61,119 nt of DNA, taken from positions 5,637 to 66,755 of the forward strand of contig CAZMXY010000001.1 in NCBI GenBank assembly GCA_964570345.1. The letters are read 5' to 3'. The notes under the pieces are model-generated. The model searched no databases. It saw only the letters and a list, made by a program, of their open reading frames with translations, and had not been told where the DNA came from. Shown in pieces: positions 27,733-36,679 of the stretch. The translations under genes and the position numbers were made by a program. Within the stretch, counting starts at the first letter, position 1. Each line of letters starts with the position of its first letter. The DNA is from an uncultured Rhodothermales bacterium. GTDB taxonomy: Bacteria; Bacteroidota; Rhodothermia; Rhodothermales; VXPQ01.

Positions 27733-27939
27733 AGAGGGTCCGGATGGAGCGCACGTGACGCTACCGGCACATTTACGCAGAATAAACAAAAAACTGACAT
27801 CATCCGGATAAAATATAGGTACACTCCGTCCGGCGCTCGATCGTCGGTCCTACTCCCGTTAGCGATTGAGCCCGGACTTTCGTTATTTGGAAGCTTCACG
27901 CCGATCACCCTGCCGATCGACCAATCTTAGGGTACCGCT

Positions 27940-28953
27940 ATGACGAGACGAACCCTTCTGTTCGTCGCTGTATCCCTGTGGTCGGTATTGACGATCGTGG
28001 CGTCCGCGTCCGCTCAGAACGGCGTGCCGCTTCGGGCTTCTCACCATGGGAACTTTCTTCCGGAAGGCACCGAAGTCGTCGTCCTTTCAAAAGAAGGTGG
28101 CGTGCAGCGAGACGGGCGCTTTCAACCCGAATTCCTATCTCCGTCCCACTATCCTCGACGCGGCTCACGCATACAAGGACGAGATCGGCTAGGCACGGAC
28201 GGAGATTCGAGCCGCGAGTACGGTCGGACGCAGGAAACCGGACTGCTCTTCTTCATCTACGCGCTGACGCCCGATTCGGCGTTATACTGGAGCTACAGCG
28301 CGCAGCGCGACTCGTTGAAATTCGACGTCGTGAATTCGGGCGTAATGTCGGTCGCCCCCGTGGCGACGGACGAGATCCGGGACGACGTGCTTCGCTCCTT
28401 CTTCGGTCAACGGGTGACGGTCTTCATGCCGGGTGCGGATCAAGAATCCGCCGCAGGGCATCTCGGCGATGGGCACACGGACGGGGACACTGAAGGAGAG
28501 CACAGCAGTTCCGTCGAACGGGAAGCCGTCATCGCCGAAACGAGTGACGAGGATCGTTCCGCGAGCCCGGACGAAGGCGCCGCCGTTTCCGAGGACGCGG
28601 ACAGCGCGCTATCGGCAGGAGTCCCCGCCTTCGTCAACCGCGCCGGCCACGAGACGCCGCTCGGCGTGGACGGGGCGCCCGCACCGTTCCTTCTGTACGT
28701 AATGCTGCTATTGGTGGTCGCGGTCGCGGCCGTTGCGGCCGTCCTAGCTCGAAATTATCGGCGAGAACTCAGGCAGGTGCGCCGGGAGATGCTCATGCTT
28801 AAGGAGCGTGCGGCCGCGGACGGCTCAGCAGCAGAGCTTCGACTGCGACTCGAGCAGGCCGAGGATCGGTCTCAACAGATGGAAGAAGAATACGAAATTC
28901 TCGAAGCACGCTATGCCGCGCTCGAGAGGGTTCTCCACGCGCAGCGCGTGTGA
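27940..28953 (+). CDS. hypothetical secreted/membrane-anchored protein with a cytoplasmic coiled-coil tail
   Basis: 337 aa with a signal peptide (MTRRTLLFVAVSLWSVLTIVASASAQ). An N-terminal domain of roughly 170 aa is followed by an acidic low-complexity linker (GDGHTDGDTEGEHSS...SDEDRSASPDEGAAVSEDAD). Then come a TM helix (FLLYVMLLLVVAVAAVAAVLA) and a C-terminal coiled coil (LRLRLEQAEDRSQQMEEEYEILEARYAALE). No family recognised. Confidence 0.5.
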   Translation: MTRRTLLFVAVSLWSVLTIVASASAQNGVPLRASHHGNFLPEGTEVVVLSKEGGVQRDGRFQPEFLSPSHYPRRGSRIQGRDRLGTDGDSSREYGRTQETGLLFFIYALTPDSALYWSYSAQRDSLKFDVVNSGVMSVAPVATDEIRDDVLRSFFGQRVTVFMPGADQESAAGHLGDGHTDGDTEGEHSSSVEREAVIAETSDEDRSASPDEGAAVSEDADSALSAGVPAFVNRAGHETPLGVDGAPAPFLLYVMLLLVVAVAAVAAVLARNYRRELRQVRREMLMLKERAAADGSAAELRLRLEQAEDRSQQMEEEYEILEARYAALERVLHAQRV

Positions 28954-29114
28954 AGATCGGCGTGTCGCAGACTTCCGGGAGGTGACGTACCGCCGGCCCT
29001 GCCGCGCGGAACAAGCCTGAGTCCGCAAAGGTCAGGATGCACCACGTGTATGTTCGTTCCTGTTCGAGAAGGCCTTCGGACAGGCCGTGTCGACACCGCG
29101 CCCGATCCCGTCTC

Positions 29115-31166
29115 ATGAGTATCGTCGAAACCCAAACCCCCTTCGCGATCACGTCTCAGTTCGAGCCGACCGGCGACCAGCCGCGTGCGATTGAGGAGCT
29201 TACGGAAGGAGCACTTCGGGGAGATCCCTACCAGACGCTGCTCGGCGCAACCGGTACGGGAAAGACGTTCACGATGGCGCACGTCATCAAGAATCTCGGC
29301 CGGCCGACGCTCATCATGAGCCACAACAAGACCCTGGCCGCGCAGCTCTATGCCGAACTGAAATCATTCTTTCCCAAGAACGCCGTCGAGTTCTTCATCT
29401 CCTACTACGACTACTATCAGCCGGAGGCCTACGTCGTCCCGACGGACACCTACATCGAAAAGGACATGTCGATCAACGACCGGATCGACCGATTACGCCT
29501 GCGGACCACGAGTTCACTCGTATCCGGCCGACGTGACGTGATCGTCGTTGCGAGCGTCTCGTGCATCTACGGCTTGGGGTCGCCCGAGGAATACAAGTCC
29601 GAAATCGTCCAGATCCGTCCGGGCACGCCGGTCGCACGAAACGATCTGCTGCGGCAGCTGATCAACATCCATTATTCGCGGAACGACGCAGAATTCGTGC
29701 CCGGGAATTTCCGCGTCCGCGGTGACGTAGTCGAGATCTTCCCCGCCTACACGGAGGACGTCGCGTACCGAGTCGAGTTCTGGGGGGACGACGTCGAGAA
29801 GATTTCGGTGTTCGAGGCCGTGAGCGGAAAGTCCATGCACGACGAGGAATACCTCACGATCTATCCTGCGAAGATCTTCGTCACGCCGAAAGAGAAATTG
29901 CAGGCAGCGATCGACAGCATCCAGGACGAGTTGCGCTGGCGCCTCGCGATACTTCGAGACGACGGTCGCCTCCTCGAGGCGCAGCGGCTGGAGCAGCGCA
30001 CGCTATTCGATCTCGAGATGATCAAGGAGGTCGGCTATTGTTCCGGAATCGAGAACTACTCTCGCCACCTCACCGGACGACGACCGGGCGAGCGGCCGTA
30101 CTGCCTATTCGATTATTTTCCCGACGACATGATGCTCATTATCGACGAGAGTCACGTCACGATTCCGCAGGTTCGCGCCATGTATAACGGCGACCGGGCG
30201 CGGAAACTGGTCCTCGTCGAGCACGGATTCCGCCTGCCCTCGGCACTCGACAACCGTCCCATGACCTTCGAGGAGTTCGAAGCGGAACACCATCAAGTCA
30301 CGTTCGTCAGCGCGACCCCCAGCGACTACGAGATGGAAAAAACGGGCGGCGTCTACGTCGAGCAGGTCATCCGCCCGACCGGCGTGCCGGATCCCGAGGT
30401 CGAGGTTCGCCCGAGCGAGAATCAGATCGACGATTTGCTGGAGGAGATCCGTATCCGGGTTCGCCGGAAGGAGCGCGTGCTCGTCACGACGCTCACGAAG
30501 CGCATGGCTGAAGACCTGAGCGATTACCTGGCGTCGTACGGCATCGACGTGCGCTACATGCATTCGGACATCGACGCCCTCGAACGGGTCGAAATCTTGC
30601 GGGATCTGCGGCTCGGGCAATTCTCCGTACTGGTCGGCGTAAACCTCCTGCGCGAGGGTCTCGACATGCCGGAGGTGTCTCTAGTAGCGATCATAGACGC
30701 CGACAAAGAGGGGTTTCTCCGAAGCGAGCGATCCCTCATACAGACGGCGGGCCGCGCCGCTCGCAACGTCAACGGCCGCATCATCATGTATGCGGACAAA
30801 ATCACGGGCTCGATGGAGCGGATGATGGCCGAAACGAACCGTCGCCGCGAGCTCCAACTCGCGTACAACGAGGAGCACGGGATCACGCCGACGACCGTGT
30901 ACAAATCGCTCGAAGACATCATGCGAGGCACGATCATCGCGGAAGAGCGCGCGGAATACGCCGGGCAGTCGACGGCATACTACAGCGGACCCGAGCAGCT
31001 CGGCCCGATCGTAGATCCGGTCGTCAAACACCTCACCGACGACCAGAAGCGAGACCTCGTCAAGCAGATGCGGAAAGAGATGCTCGAGGCATCGGAGGGC
31101 CTGGAATTCGAGAAAGCCGCGGATCTCCGGGACTCGATCGCATTGATTGAAAAGCAGTTGGAGTAA
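29115..31166 (+). CDS. uvrB: excinuclease ABC subunit B
   Basis: The product from the ATG at 29115 is [29 protein letters not shown]...[14 protein letters not shown]...DESHVTIPQ, with a C-terminal UVR motif ([16 protein letters not shown]). The track start at 29037 is an extension. Confidence 0.95.
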   Translation: MSIVETQTPFAITSQFEPTGDQPRAIEELTEGALRGDPYQTLLGATGTGKTFTMAHVIKNLGRPTLIMSHNKTLAAQLYAELKSFFPKNAVEFFISYYDYYQPEAYVVPTDTYIEKDMSINDRIDRLRLRTTSSLVSGRRDVIVVASVSCIYGLGSPEEYKSEIVQIRPGTPVARNDLLRQLINIHYSRNDAEFVPGNFRVRGDVVEIFPAYTEDVAYRVEFWGDDVEKISVFEAVSGKSMHDEEYLTIYPAKIFVTPKEKLQAAIDSIQDELRWRLAILRDDGRLLEAQRLEQRTLFDLEMIKEVGYCSGIENYSRHLTGRRPGERPYCLFDYFPDDMMLIIDESHVTIPQVRAMYNGDRARKLVLVEHGFRLPSALDNRPMTFEEFEAEHHQVTFVSATPSDYEMEKTGGVYVEQVIRPTGVPDPEVEVRPSENQIDDLLEEIRIRVRRKERVLVTTLTKRMAEDLSDYLASYGIDVRYMHSDIDALERVEILRDLRLGQFSVLVGVNLLREGLDMPEVSLVAIIDADKEGFLRSERSLIQTAGRAARNVNGRIIMYADKITGSMERMMAETNRRRELQLAYNEEHGITPTTVYKSLEDIMRGTIIAEERAEYAGQSTAYYSGPEQLGPIVDPVVKHLTDDQKRDLVKQMRKEMLEASEGLEFEKAADLRDSIALIEKQLE

Positions 31167-31221
31167 AGGGCAAGCGGCCTATGGCGTTCGACTCGCAGGG
31201 GCTGCTCCGACCATGTGATTC

Positions 31222-31255
31222 CGGGCTATCTCATGAATCGGGCTATCTTATGAAT
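31222..31255 (+). repeat. 17-bp tandem direct repeat x2 (CGGGCTATCTCATGAAT / CGGGCTATCTTATGAAT)
   Basis: Read directly: 31222..31238 and 31239..31255, identical at 16/17 positions. It lies about 70 nt upstream of the HEPN gene start. Confidence 0.75.
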
Positions 31256-31323
31256 ATCGTCGCATTCCGATTGTCGAGGTGCGAGTAATTTTTGAGGATG
31301 TTTGAATCCGGATCGACAGCCAG

Positions 31324-31710
31324 ATGGAAGAAAAGATCGACGCCCTGCTGAACAAGGCGCAGAAGTTCCTGCGGAGCGCGGCGGTGCTGTTTGAGCTGGA
31401 AGATTTCGACTCGAGCGCGTCGCGTGCGTACTTTGCGATGTTCTACGCGGCGCAGGCCCTGCTTCTGAACGAGACGCAGGCGTTTTCGTCCAAGCAAGGG
31501 ATACGCTCTTCGTTTATCCAGCAGTTCGTCCGGAACGGGCCCCTGCCCCAGCGCGCCGGTGAGGCATTCGAACGGGCGGCCGAACATCAGGAGGTCGGCG
31601 ATTACGGCTATGATTTTGCCGTGACGGAAGAACAGGCCGAATACGTGCTGTCGGAATCGGAAGCCTTCGTGAACAGCATCACGAACCTGATCGAGCGCAA
31701 GATCGCCTGA
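31324..31710 (+). CDS. HEPN domain protein (solo; no adjacent nucleotidyltransferase partner)
   Basis: 128-aa all-helical product. Begins MEEKIDALLNKAQKFLRSAAVLFELEDFDSSASRAYFAMFYAAQALLL and later has ...FERAAEHQEVGDYGYDFAVTEEQAE, which resembles the PF05168-type HEPN layout. The assignment rests on pattern resemblance only. Confidence 0.65.
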   Translation: MEEKIDALLNKAQKFLRSAAVLFELEDFDSSASRAYFAMFYAAQALLLNETQAFSSKQGIRSSFIQQFVRNGPLPQRAGEAFERAAEHQEVGDYGYDFAVTEEQAEYVLSESEAFVNSITNLIERKIA

Positions 31711-31786
31711 AACATGTCACGGACGGACACGTTCACGGCTCGCTGATTGCTGAGACAGAACGCCGCGCCTGTCGCGATTGTACGTC

Positions 31787-32017
31787 ATGAAGAAAAACCT
31801 GCACCCGGAATACAAGACGATTACCGTACGCCTCGCGGACGGGACGGAATTCGAGACGCGCTCGACGATGGATACCGACACGTATGCGTCGGAAGTCGAT
31901 TCGACCAACCACCCCTTCTATACGGGACGCCGCCAGTACGTCGACACGGCGGGCCGCGTCGAAAAGTTTAGACGGCGATACGGGATCAAGGAACAGGGGA
32001 CCGAAGACGAAGAATAG
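31787..32017 (+). CDS. rpmE: 50S ribosomal protein L31 (Cys-less, type B-like)
   Basis: MKKNLHPEYKTITVRLADGTEFETRSTM...STNHPFYTGRRQYVDTAGRVEKFRRRYG. It contains no CxxC zinc motifs. Confidence 0.9.
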   Translation: MKKNLHPEYKTITVRLADGTEFETRSTMDTDTYASEVDSTNHPFYTGRRQYVDTAGRVEKFRRRYGIKEQGTEDEE

Positions 32018-32041
32018 CCGTCCTTGCCACACGGTTCTTGA

Positions 32042-32071
32042 GGCGACCTGCTCGAGCGGGCCGCCTTTTTT
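32042..32071 (+). terminator. putative rho-independent terminator after rpmE
   Basis: GGCGACCUG / CGGGCCGCC stem (about 8 bp plus one A:C mismatch and one G:U pair) around a CTCGAG loop, followed by a T6 run (32066..32071). It lies 24 nt after the rpmE stop. Confidence 0.55.
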
Positions 32072-32076
32072 GCCTT

Positions 32077-33417
32077 ATGCCCAGTCTTAACGTCGTCGAC
32101 CTGATCGTCGCCAAGCGTGAGGGTCACGTACTGCCGCCGGATCGGATTCGTACGCTCGTCGATGCCTACGCGCGCGGCAACGTTCCGGATTATCAGATGA
32201 GTGCCTTCCTGATGGCCGCGCTCTTGCGCGGGCTCGACGATCGGGAGACGTTCGCGCTCACGGATGCGATGCTCCGCTCGGGGGAGGTCATCGATCTGTC
32301 CGACCTGCCCGGTACGAAGGTCGACAAACACTCGACGGGTGGCGTGGGCGACAAAATTTCGCTGATCCTCGCACCCATCGTCGCGGCGTGCGGCGTTCCC
32401 GTGCCGATGATCTCGGGTCGAGGTCTCGGCTTCACCGGTGGCACGCTCGACAAGCTGGAATCCATCACCGGCTTCCGCACGAATCTCACGACGGACCAGT
32501 ACAAGGCGCAGCTGCACGAGCTCGGCGTCGTCATGATCGGACAGACCGCCCAGATCGCGCCGGCCGATCGCGCCCTCTACGCCCTTCGTGACGTCACGGG
32601 GACGGTCGAGTTCATTCCATTCATCGCGTCCTCGATTCTGAGCAAAAAGGTCGCCGAGGGCATCGATGCGCTCGTACTCGACGTGAAATGCGGGCACGGG
32701 GCATTCATGAAAGACGAGACGTCGGCGAGAAGGCTGGCTGAGACGTTGGTCGGGATCGGTACGTATTTCGGAACGCGGACCGTCGCGTGGATGACCGACA
32801 TGAACGTCCCGCTCGGCCGGACGGTCGGTAACTGGCCGGAAGTCGTGGAATCGATCGAGTGTCTCCAGGGTGCCGACGTCGGCGACGTCATGGAGATCAC
32901 CCTCGCACTGGCGGGCGAGATGATCGCCCTCGGCGGCCGGGCCGGATCGCCGGAAGACGGCCGGCGCCGCGCCGAAACGGCCGTCGAGTCCGGTTTAGCC
33001 TTCGATACCTTCAAGCGCCTGGTCAAAACGCAGGGCGGCGACGTCGAGCTCCTCACGAACCCCGAGCGCCGTGCCGGCTTCGAAGCGTCCGGTCGCGTTA
33101 CGGCCGAGGTCGACGGTTACGTCACCGGCCTGAATGCGCTCGCCGTCGGGCACACGGCCACCGTGATGGGTGCGGGTCGGTCGAAGAAGGAGGACGCCGT
33201 CGACCCGTTGGCCGGCATCGTCCTGCAAAAAACGGTAGGGGACTCCGTGCGGCGAGGTGATACGCTGGCCCATTTACATACGCGAAACGAGCACTGCCTT
33301 CAGGAATACGAAGAGGCAATCCGGGGGGCCTACGAAATCGCAGCGACACCTACGCCGCCTCGAGGATCACTCCTCATCGATCGTTACGCGGAAAACCGCT
33401 GGCGGAGCCGCTCGTGA
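32077..33417 (+). CDS. thymidine / pyrimidine-nucleoside phosphorylase
   Basis: The product from the ATG at 32077 is MPSLNVVDLIVAKREG...YQMSAFLMA...VDKHSTGGVGDK...SGRGLGFTGGTLDKLESI. The track start at 32038 would span the upstream terminator. Confidence 0.92.
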   Translation: MPSLNVVDLIVAKREGHVLPPDRIRTLVDAYARGNVPDYQMSAFLMAALLRGLDDRETFALTDAMLRSGEVIDLSDLPGTKVDKHSTGGVGDKISLILAPIVAACGVPVPMISGRGLGFTGGTLDKLESITGFRTNLTTDQYKAQLHELGVVMIGQTAQIAPADRALYALRDVTGTVEFIPFIASSILSKKVAEGIDALVLDVKCGHGAFMKDETSARRLAETLVGIGTYFGTRTVAWMTDMNVPLGRTVGNWPEVVESIECLQGADVGDVMEITLALAGEMIALGGRAGSPEDGRRRAETAVESGLAFDTFKRLVKTQGGDVELLTNPERRAGFEASGRVTAEVDGYVTGLNALAVGHTATVMGAGRSKKEDAVDPLAGIVLQKTVGDSVRRGDTLAHLHTRNEHCLQEYEEAIRGAYEIAATPTPPRGSLLIDRYAENRWRSRS

Positions 33418-33612
33418 TACCCCGGACGGGTGCGGAAACGGCGTGGATCGGCCGAATATCGCCGTGTACCACGCCTCGTGCATCTTTCGGGACGTCACCT
33501 ACGTTAGACTCGGTGAAAACTTTATATTGTCCGACACCCTTTTTGACGTCTGACGGCCCTCAATAGACGCTTGAAGACGGTCATATTTCCTTGCATTCAT
33601 TCTCCCAGTAGC

Positions 33613-34386
33613 ATGTCGGTTTGGACACGTTTTAAACGACTTCTCAATTCCTTGTTCGGCGGCGCGATCTCAGCCATGGAGGATCCACGCCTCATTCTCG
33701 AGCAGAACATTCGGGAGCTGAACGATCAGGTTCCGAAGATGAACGAGAACATCGCGACCGTGAAGGCGAACGTCATTTTGCTCCAGAAGGAGTTGAAGCG
33801 GAGTGACGAGGAGATAAAGACGCTAACGTCGAAGGTAAAGGCGGGCATCCAGGCTGGGCGCGACGACATCGCACAGCAGTACGCTATCAGCCTCGAGAAG
33901 TCGAAGGAATCGCTGGTTCGAACGCGGGAACAGCTTAAATACGCGTCCGCGGCCTACGACAAGGCAATCCAGGTAAAGAAGGCCTTCATGCGCGAGAAGG
34001 ACCGAAAGATCGTGGAAGCGAAGGAGGCGTTACGCGCCCACGAACGGGCCAAATGGCAGTCGCGCATCGCCGACACGCTCGAGCAGTTCGAAGTATCCGG
34101 GATCGATCAGACGCACGACGAGATGTTGACGCGGATCCAGGAGGAGACCGCGCGGAACGAAGCCCGCATGGAGCTGGCGCTGGATTCGGTCGACAGTGAC
34201 GCTTTACGGATCGAGGAAGACGCCGAGGCCATTCGAGCGGCAGAGCTGGTAAAGCAGTTCAAACTCGAGATGGGTCTCGGCGACGCCAAGGCCGCACAGA
34301 AGGAAGAAGAGAAGGTGGACATCCCTGAAAAGGAGTCCGAAGAAGCGTCGAAGACGATCGGGAAGCAGCGTACACGGTCCGAATAG
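33613..34386 (+). CDS. pspA: PspA/IM30 (phage shock protein A / Vipp1) family protein
   Basis: The product from the ATG at 33613 is [48 protein letters not shown]..., followed by long coiled coils and a Lys/Glu-rich tail. Confidence 0.88.
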   Translation: MSVWTRFKRLLNSLFGGAISAMEDPRLILEQNIRELNDQVPKMNENIATVKANVILLQKELKRSDEEIKTLTSKVKAGIQAGRDDIAQQYAISLEKSKESLVRTREQLKYASAAYDKAIQVKKAFMREKDRKIVEAKEALRAHERAKWQSRIADTLEQFEVSGIDQTHDEMLTRIQEETARNEARMELALDSVDSDALRIEEDAEAIRAAELVKQFKLEMGLGDAKAAQKEEEKVDIPEKESEEASKTIGKQRTRSE

Positions 34387-34916
34387 TGCGCGGGGCGCTG
34401 CCAAAGGATCGATCCCGAATGGCCGCAGAAGCCGTCAGGACAAGACGTACTATGACACCTGAAGAATTTCAAAAGTACAAAGAGGCGGAGAAGCAGCACC
34501 TTCGCAAGCTGAAAGAGCTCAAGAAGGCCGTCCGCCGTCTCGAAAGAGAGAAATCCATCCGTTCCGCCTTCGAAAACGTAAGCGCCGAACCCACCGAAGT
34601 GATGGAGCGGCAGAAGGACCTCGTGGATCGACTGGCGATGGAGACGGCAATGCATGAGGCGCGGCTGGAGATGGTACTCGACGGATCTGAAGACCTCGTC
34701 AGAGAATCTCGGACGGCTGCGCTCGAGGAGGAGCTTCAGCGCGAGCGCGCGCAGGCCTTGGTACGGCAGTTGGGGAAGGAGATGAAGGAAGAGAGCGCCG
34801 ATAAGGAAAAGCTACGTAGGGCGGATGGAGATCCCGGCACGTCGAAGGCACCGACGTCGTCAAACCCTACGTCGAGCCGGGACGACCGGCCGGAGAAAAC
34901 GATAGGCAGAATGTGA
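34386..34916 (+). CDS. coiled-coil protein resembling the C-terminal third of PspA
   Basis: The GTG at 34386 overlaps the pspA TAG; alternative ATGs are at 34419 and 34452. The segment LAMETAMHEARLEMVLDGSEDL parallels Psp[23 protein letters not shown]. Both proteins end with a PEK...KTIG(K/R) tail. Confidence 0.5.
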   Translation: MRGALPKDRSRMAAEAVRTRRTMTPEEFQKYKEAEKQHLRKLKELKKAVRRLEREKSIRSAFENVSAEPTEVMERQKDLVDRLAMETAMHEARLEMVLDGSEDLVRESRTAALEEELQRERAQALVRQLGKEMKEESADKEKLRRADGDPGTSKAPTSSNPTSSRDDRPEKTIGRM

Positions 34917-35851
34917 ACATTGGGATGATGACATCGGCCCGCGCCGGCGGCGGCCGAAGCACGAAGCACTCCTACGTGTCGCAGTACATGAACGACGTCG
35001 ACGTCAACTACACGAAAGAGGCCTTCTTGAATCCGATGAATCTCGGATTTCTGATCATGGCCATGCTGACCGCGTTCTTTCTGAGCGGATCGGAACCGTG
35101 GTTCAACGTCGTTCTCATTCTGGCCGCAGCACTCGAGCTGATGTATCTGGGCGTCGTTCCGCGAAACGATCGCTTTCGGAGGGCCGTGCGTTCACGGCGT
35201 GCCGCCGAGCATGCGAAGCCCCCCTCTCAGAAGGAAATCTTCCAGGTGCTCACGAAGGGAAGTCAGCGCCGGTATGCACGGCTTCGAAAACTCGAAAAAG
35301 ACATCCGCACCAATTACCGCAAGCTGAGCTACGCCACACAAGGCCTGCTCGAGAGTCACCTGGACAAAATCGACGGATTGCTCGATTCCTATCTCAATCT
35401 CCTGTATCAGAAGGAGCGCTACGAATATACCGTGCAGAGCGGAACGGAGAGCGAAGTGGTCAAGGCCATCTCGACCCTTCGAGACGACATGGCGGACGAC
35501 TCTCCGAAAGTCCGATCTATCAAGCAGCGGCGCCTCCGTATTCTCGAACAGCGGCTTAGCCGATTTAAGAAGAGCAACGAGAATCTCGAAATTATCGAGG
35601 CTCAGCTCGAGACGATCGAGGACGTGGTCAAATACATCCATGAGCAGTCGCTCACCTTGCGCAATCCGGAGGAAATCACCTTCCAGCTAGACACGCTCCT
35701 GAGCGAGGTCGAAGAGACGGAAGCGGCCATTGAGGAAATCGAGGACGTTTTTTCCTCCTCCGTGGATCTGCTGGGCGAAATGGACACGTTCGAGGCCGAC
35801 GACGAGAAGGCATCCGAATCGACGCCGGACCGCACTCGCCTCCGGAGCTGA
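34913..35851 (+). CDS. hypothetical 2-TM membrane protein with a long cytoplasmic coiled coil (PspA-module member)
   Basis: The start overlaps the previous stop (ATGTGA, 34911..34916). TM helices are LGFLIMAMLTAFFLSG and WFNVVLILAAALELMYLGVV. About 220 aa of helical/coiled-coil sequence follow, then an acidic C-terminus. An internal ATG start is possible. Confidence 0.55.
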   Translation: MNIGMMTSARAGGGRSTKHSYVSQYMNDVDVNYTKEAFLNPMNLGFLIMAMLTAFFLSGSEPWFNVVLILAAALELMYLGVVPRNDRFRRAVRSRRAAEHAKPPSQKEIFQVLTKGSQRRYARLRKLEKDIRTNYRKLSYATQGLLESHLDKIDGLLDSYLNLLYQKERYEYTVQSGTESEVVKAISTLRDDMADDSPKVRSIKQRRLRILEQRLSRFKKSNENLEIIEAQLETIEDVVKYIHEQSLTLRNPEEITFQLDTLLSEVEETEAAIEEIEDVFSSSVDLLGEMDTFEADDEKASESTPDRTRLRS

Positions 35852-35899
35852 AGCCCGGCGTCTCGGCCCGATTTCCATCGAACGCCCTCCTCCTATCTG

Positions 35900-36679
35900 A
35901 TGAATTTCGAAACGCTGCTCTACGACGTCGAGGACGACGTTGCCCTCGTAACCCTCAATCGCCCCGACAAGCTAAACGCTTTGTCTCGGGAGGTCCTCGA
36001 CGAACTCGAACGTTGTTTCGTGACGGTGAGCAAGGACGATGCGGTGCAGGGCGTCGTACTCACGGGTACAGGCACGAAAGCATTCGCAGCCGGAGCCGAC
36101 GTCGCGCAGTTCCGATCGATGACCGCGATGGAGGGCCATCGATTCGCCCTGAGGGGACAGGCCGTTTTCAATCGCATCGAATCTCTCCGCAAACCGGTAA
36201 TTGCCGCCGTCAACGGCTACGCGCTCGGTGGAGGATGTGAGCTCGCGATGGCCTGCCACCTGCGAACGGCCGCGGAAACTGCAACTTTCGGACAGCCGGA
36301 GGTCGGTCTCGGGATCATTCCCGGGTACGGCGGCACACAACGCCTTCCACGATTGGTGGGGCTGGGAAGGGCGACGGAGATGGTGCTCTCCGGTGAGCAA
36401 ATGAGCGCCCGGAGAGCCTTTGAAATCGGCCTGGTCAATCGAACGTTTCCCGCCGATCGACTGATCGAGGGGACGAAGGAGCTGCTGCGCGGCATATTGA
36501 CCCATGCACCCGCGGCCCTCGGTCTCGCAATCGAGGCGCTGCATGCCAGCGACCTTCCCCTGCACGAGGGCCTGCGCTACGAGGCGACGCTATTCGGCCA
36601 GTGCTGCGCGACACAGGATTTCGCGGAGGGCGTCTCGGCCTTTCTCGAACGTCGAAAGCCGGTTTTCAAAGGGCACTGA
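35900..36679 (+). CDS. enoyl-CoA hydratase/isomerase (crotonase family)
   Basis: 259 aa. Sequence is ALVTLNRPDKLNAL...AAVNGYALGGGCELAMACHLR...FGQPEVGLGIIPGYGGTQRL. Confidence 0.9.
   Translation: MNFETLLYDVEDDVALVTLNRPDKLNALSREVLDELERCFVTVSKDDAVQGVVLTGTGTKAFAAGADVAQFRSMTAMEGHRFALRGQAVFNRIESLRKPVIAAVNGYALGGGCELAMACHLRTAAETATFGQPEVGLGIIPGYGGTQRLPRLVGLGRATEMVLSGEQMSARRAFEIGLVNRTFPADRLIEGTKELLRGILTHAPAALGLAIEALHASDLPLHEGLRYEATLFGQCCATQDFAEGVSAFLERRKPVFKGH

Noticed and set aside
29037-29114. Long N-terminal extensions in the track ORFs (examples: uvrB 29037, accA 16755, STAS 27908, hprK 55915, pspA 33571, thymidine phosphorylase 32038, dtd 42532, HAD-deaminase 21208)
   Set aside because: The track reports the longest ATG/GTG/TTG ORF. 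In each case an internal start yields the family-typical N-terminus. It also removes overlap with a neighbouring gene or terminator, so I trimmed the starts. The exact starts remain unverified.
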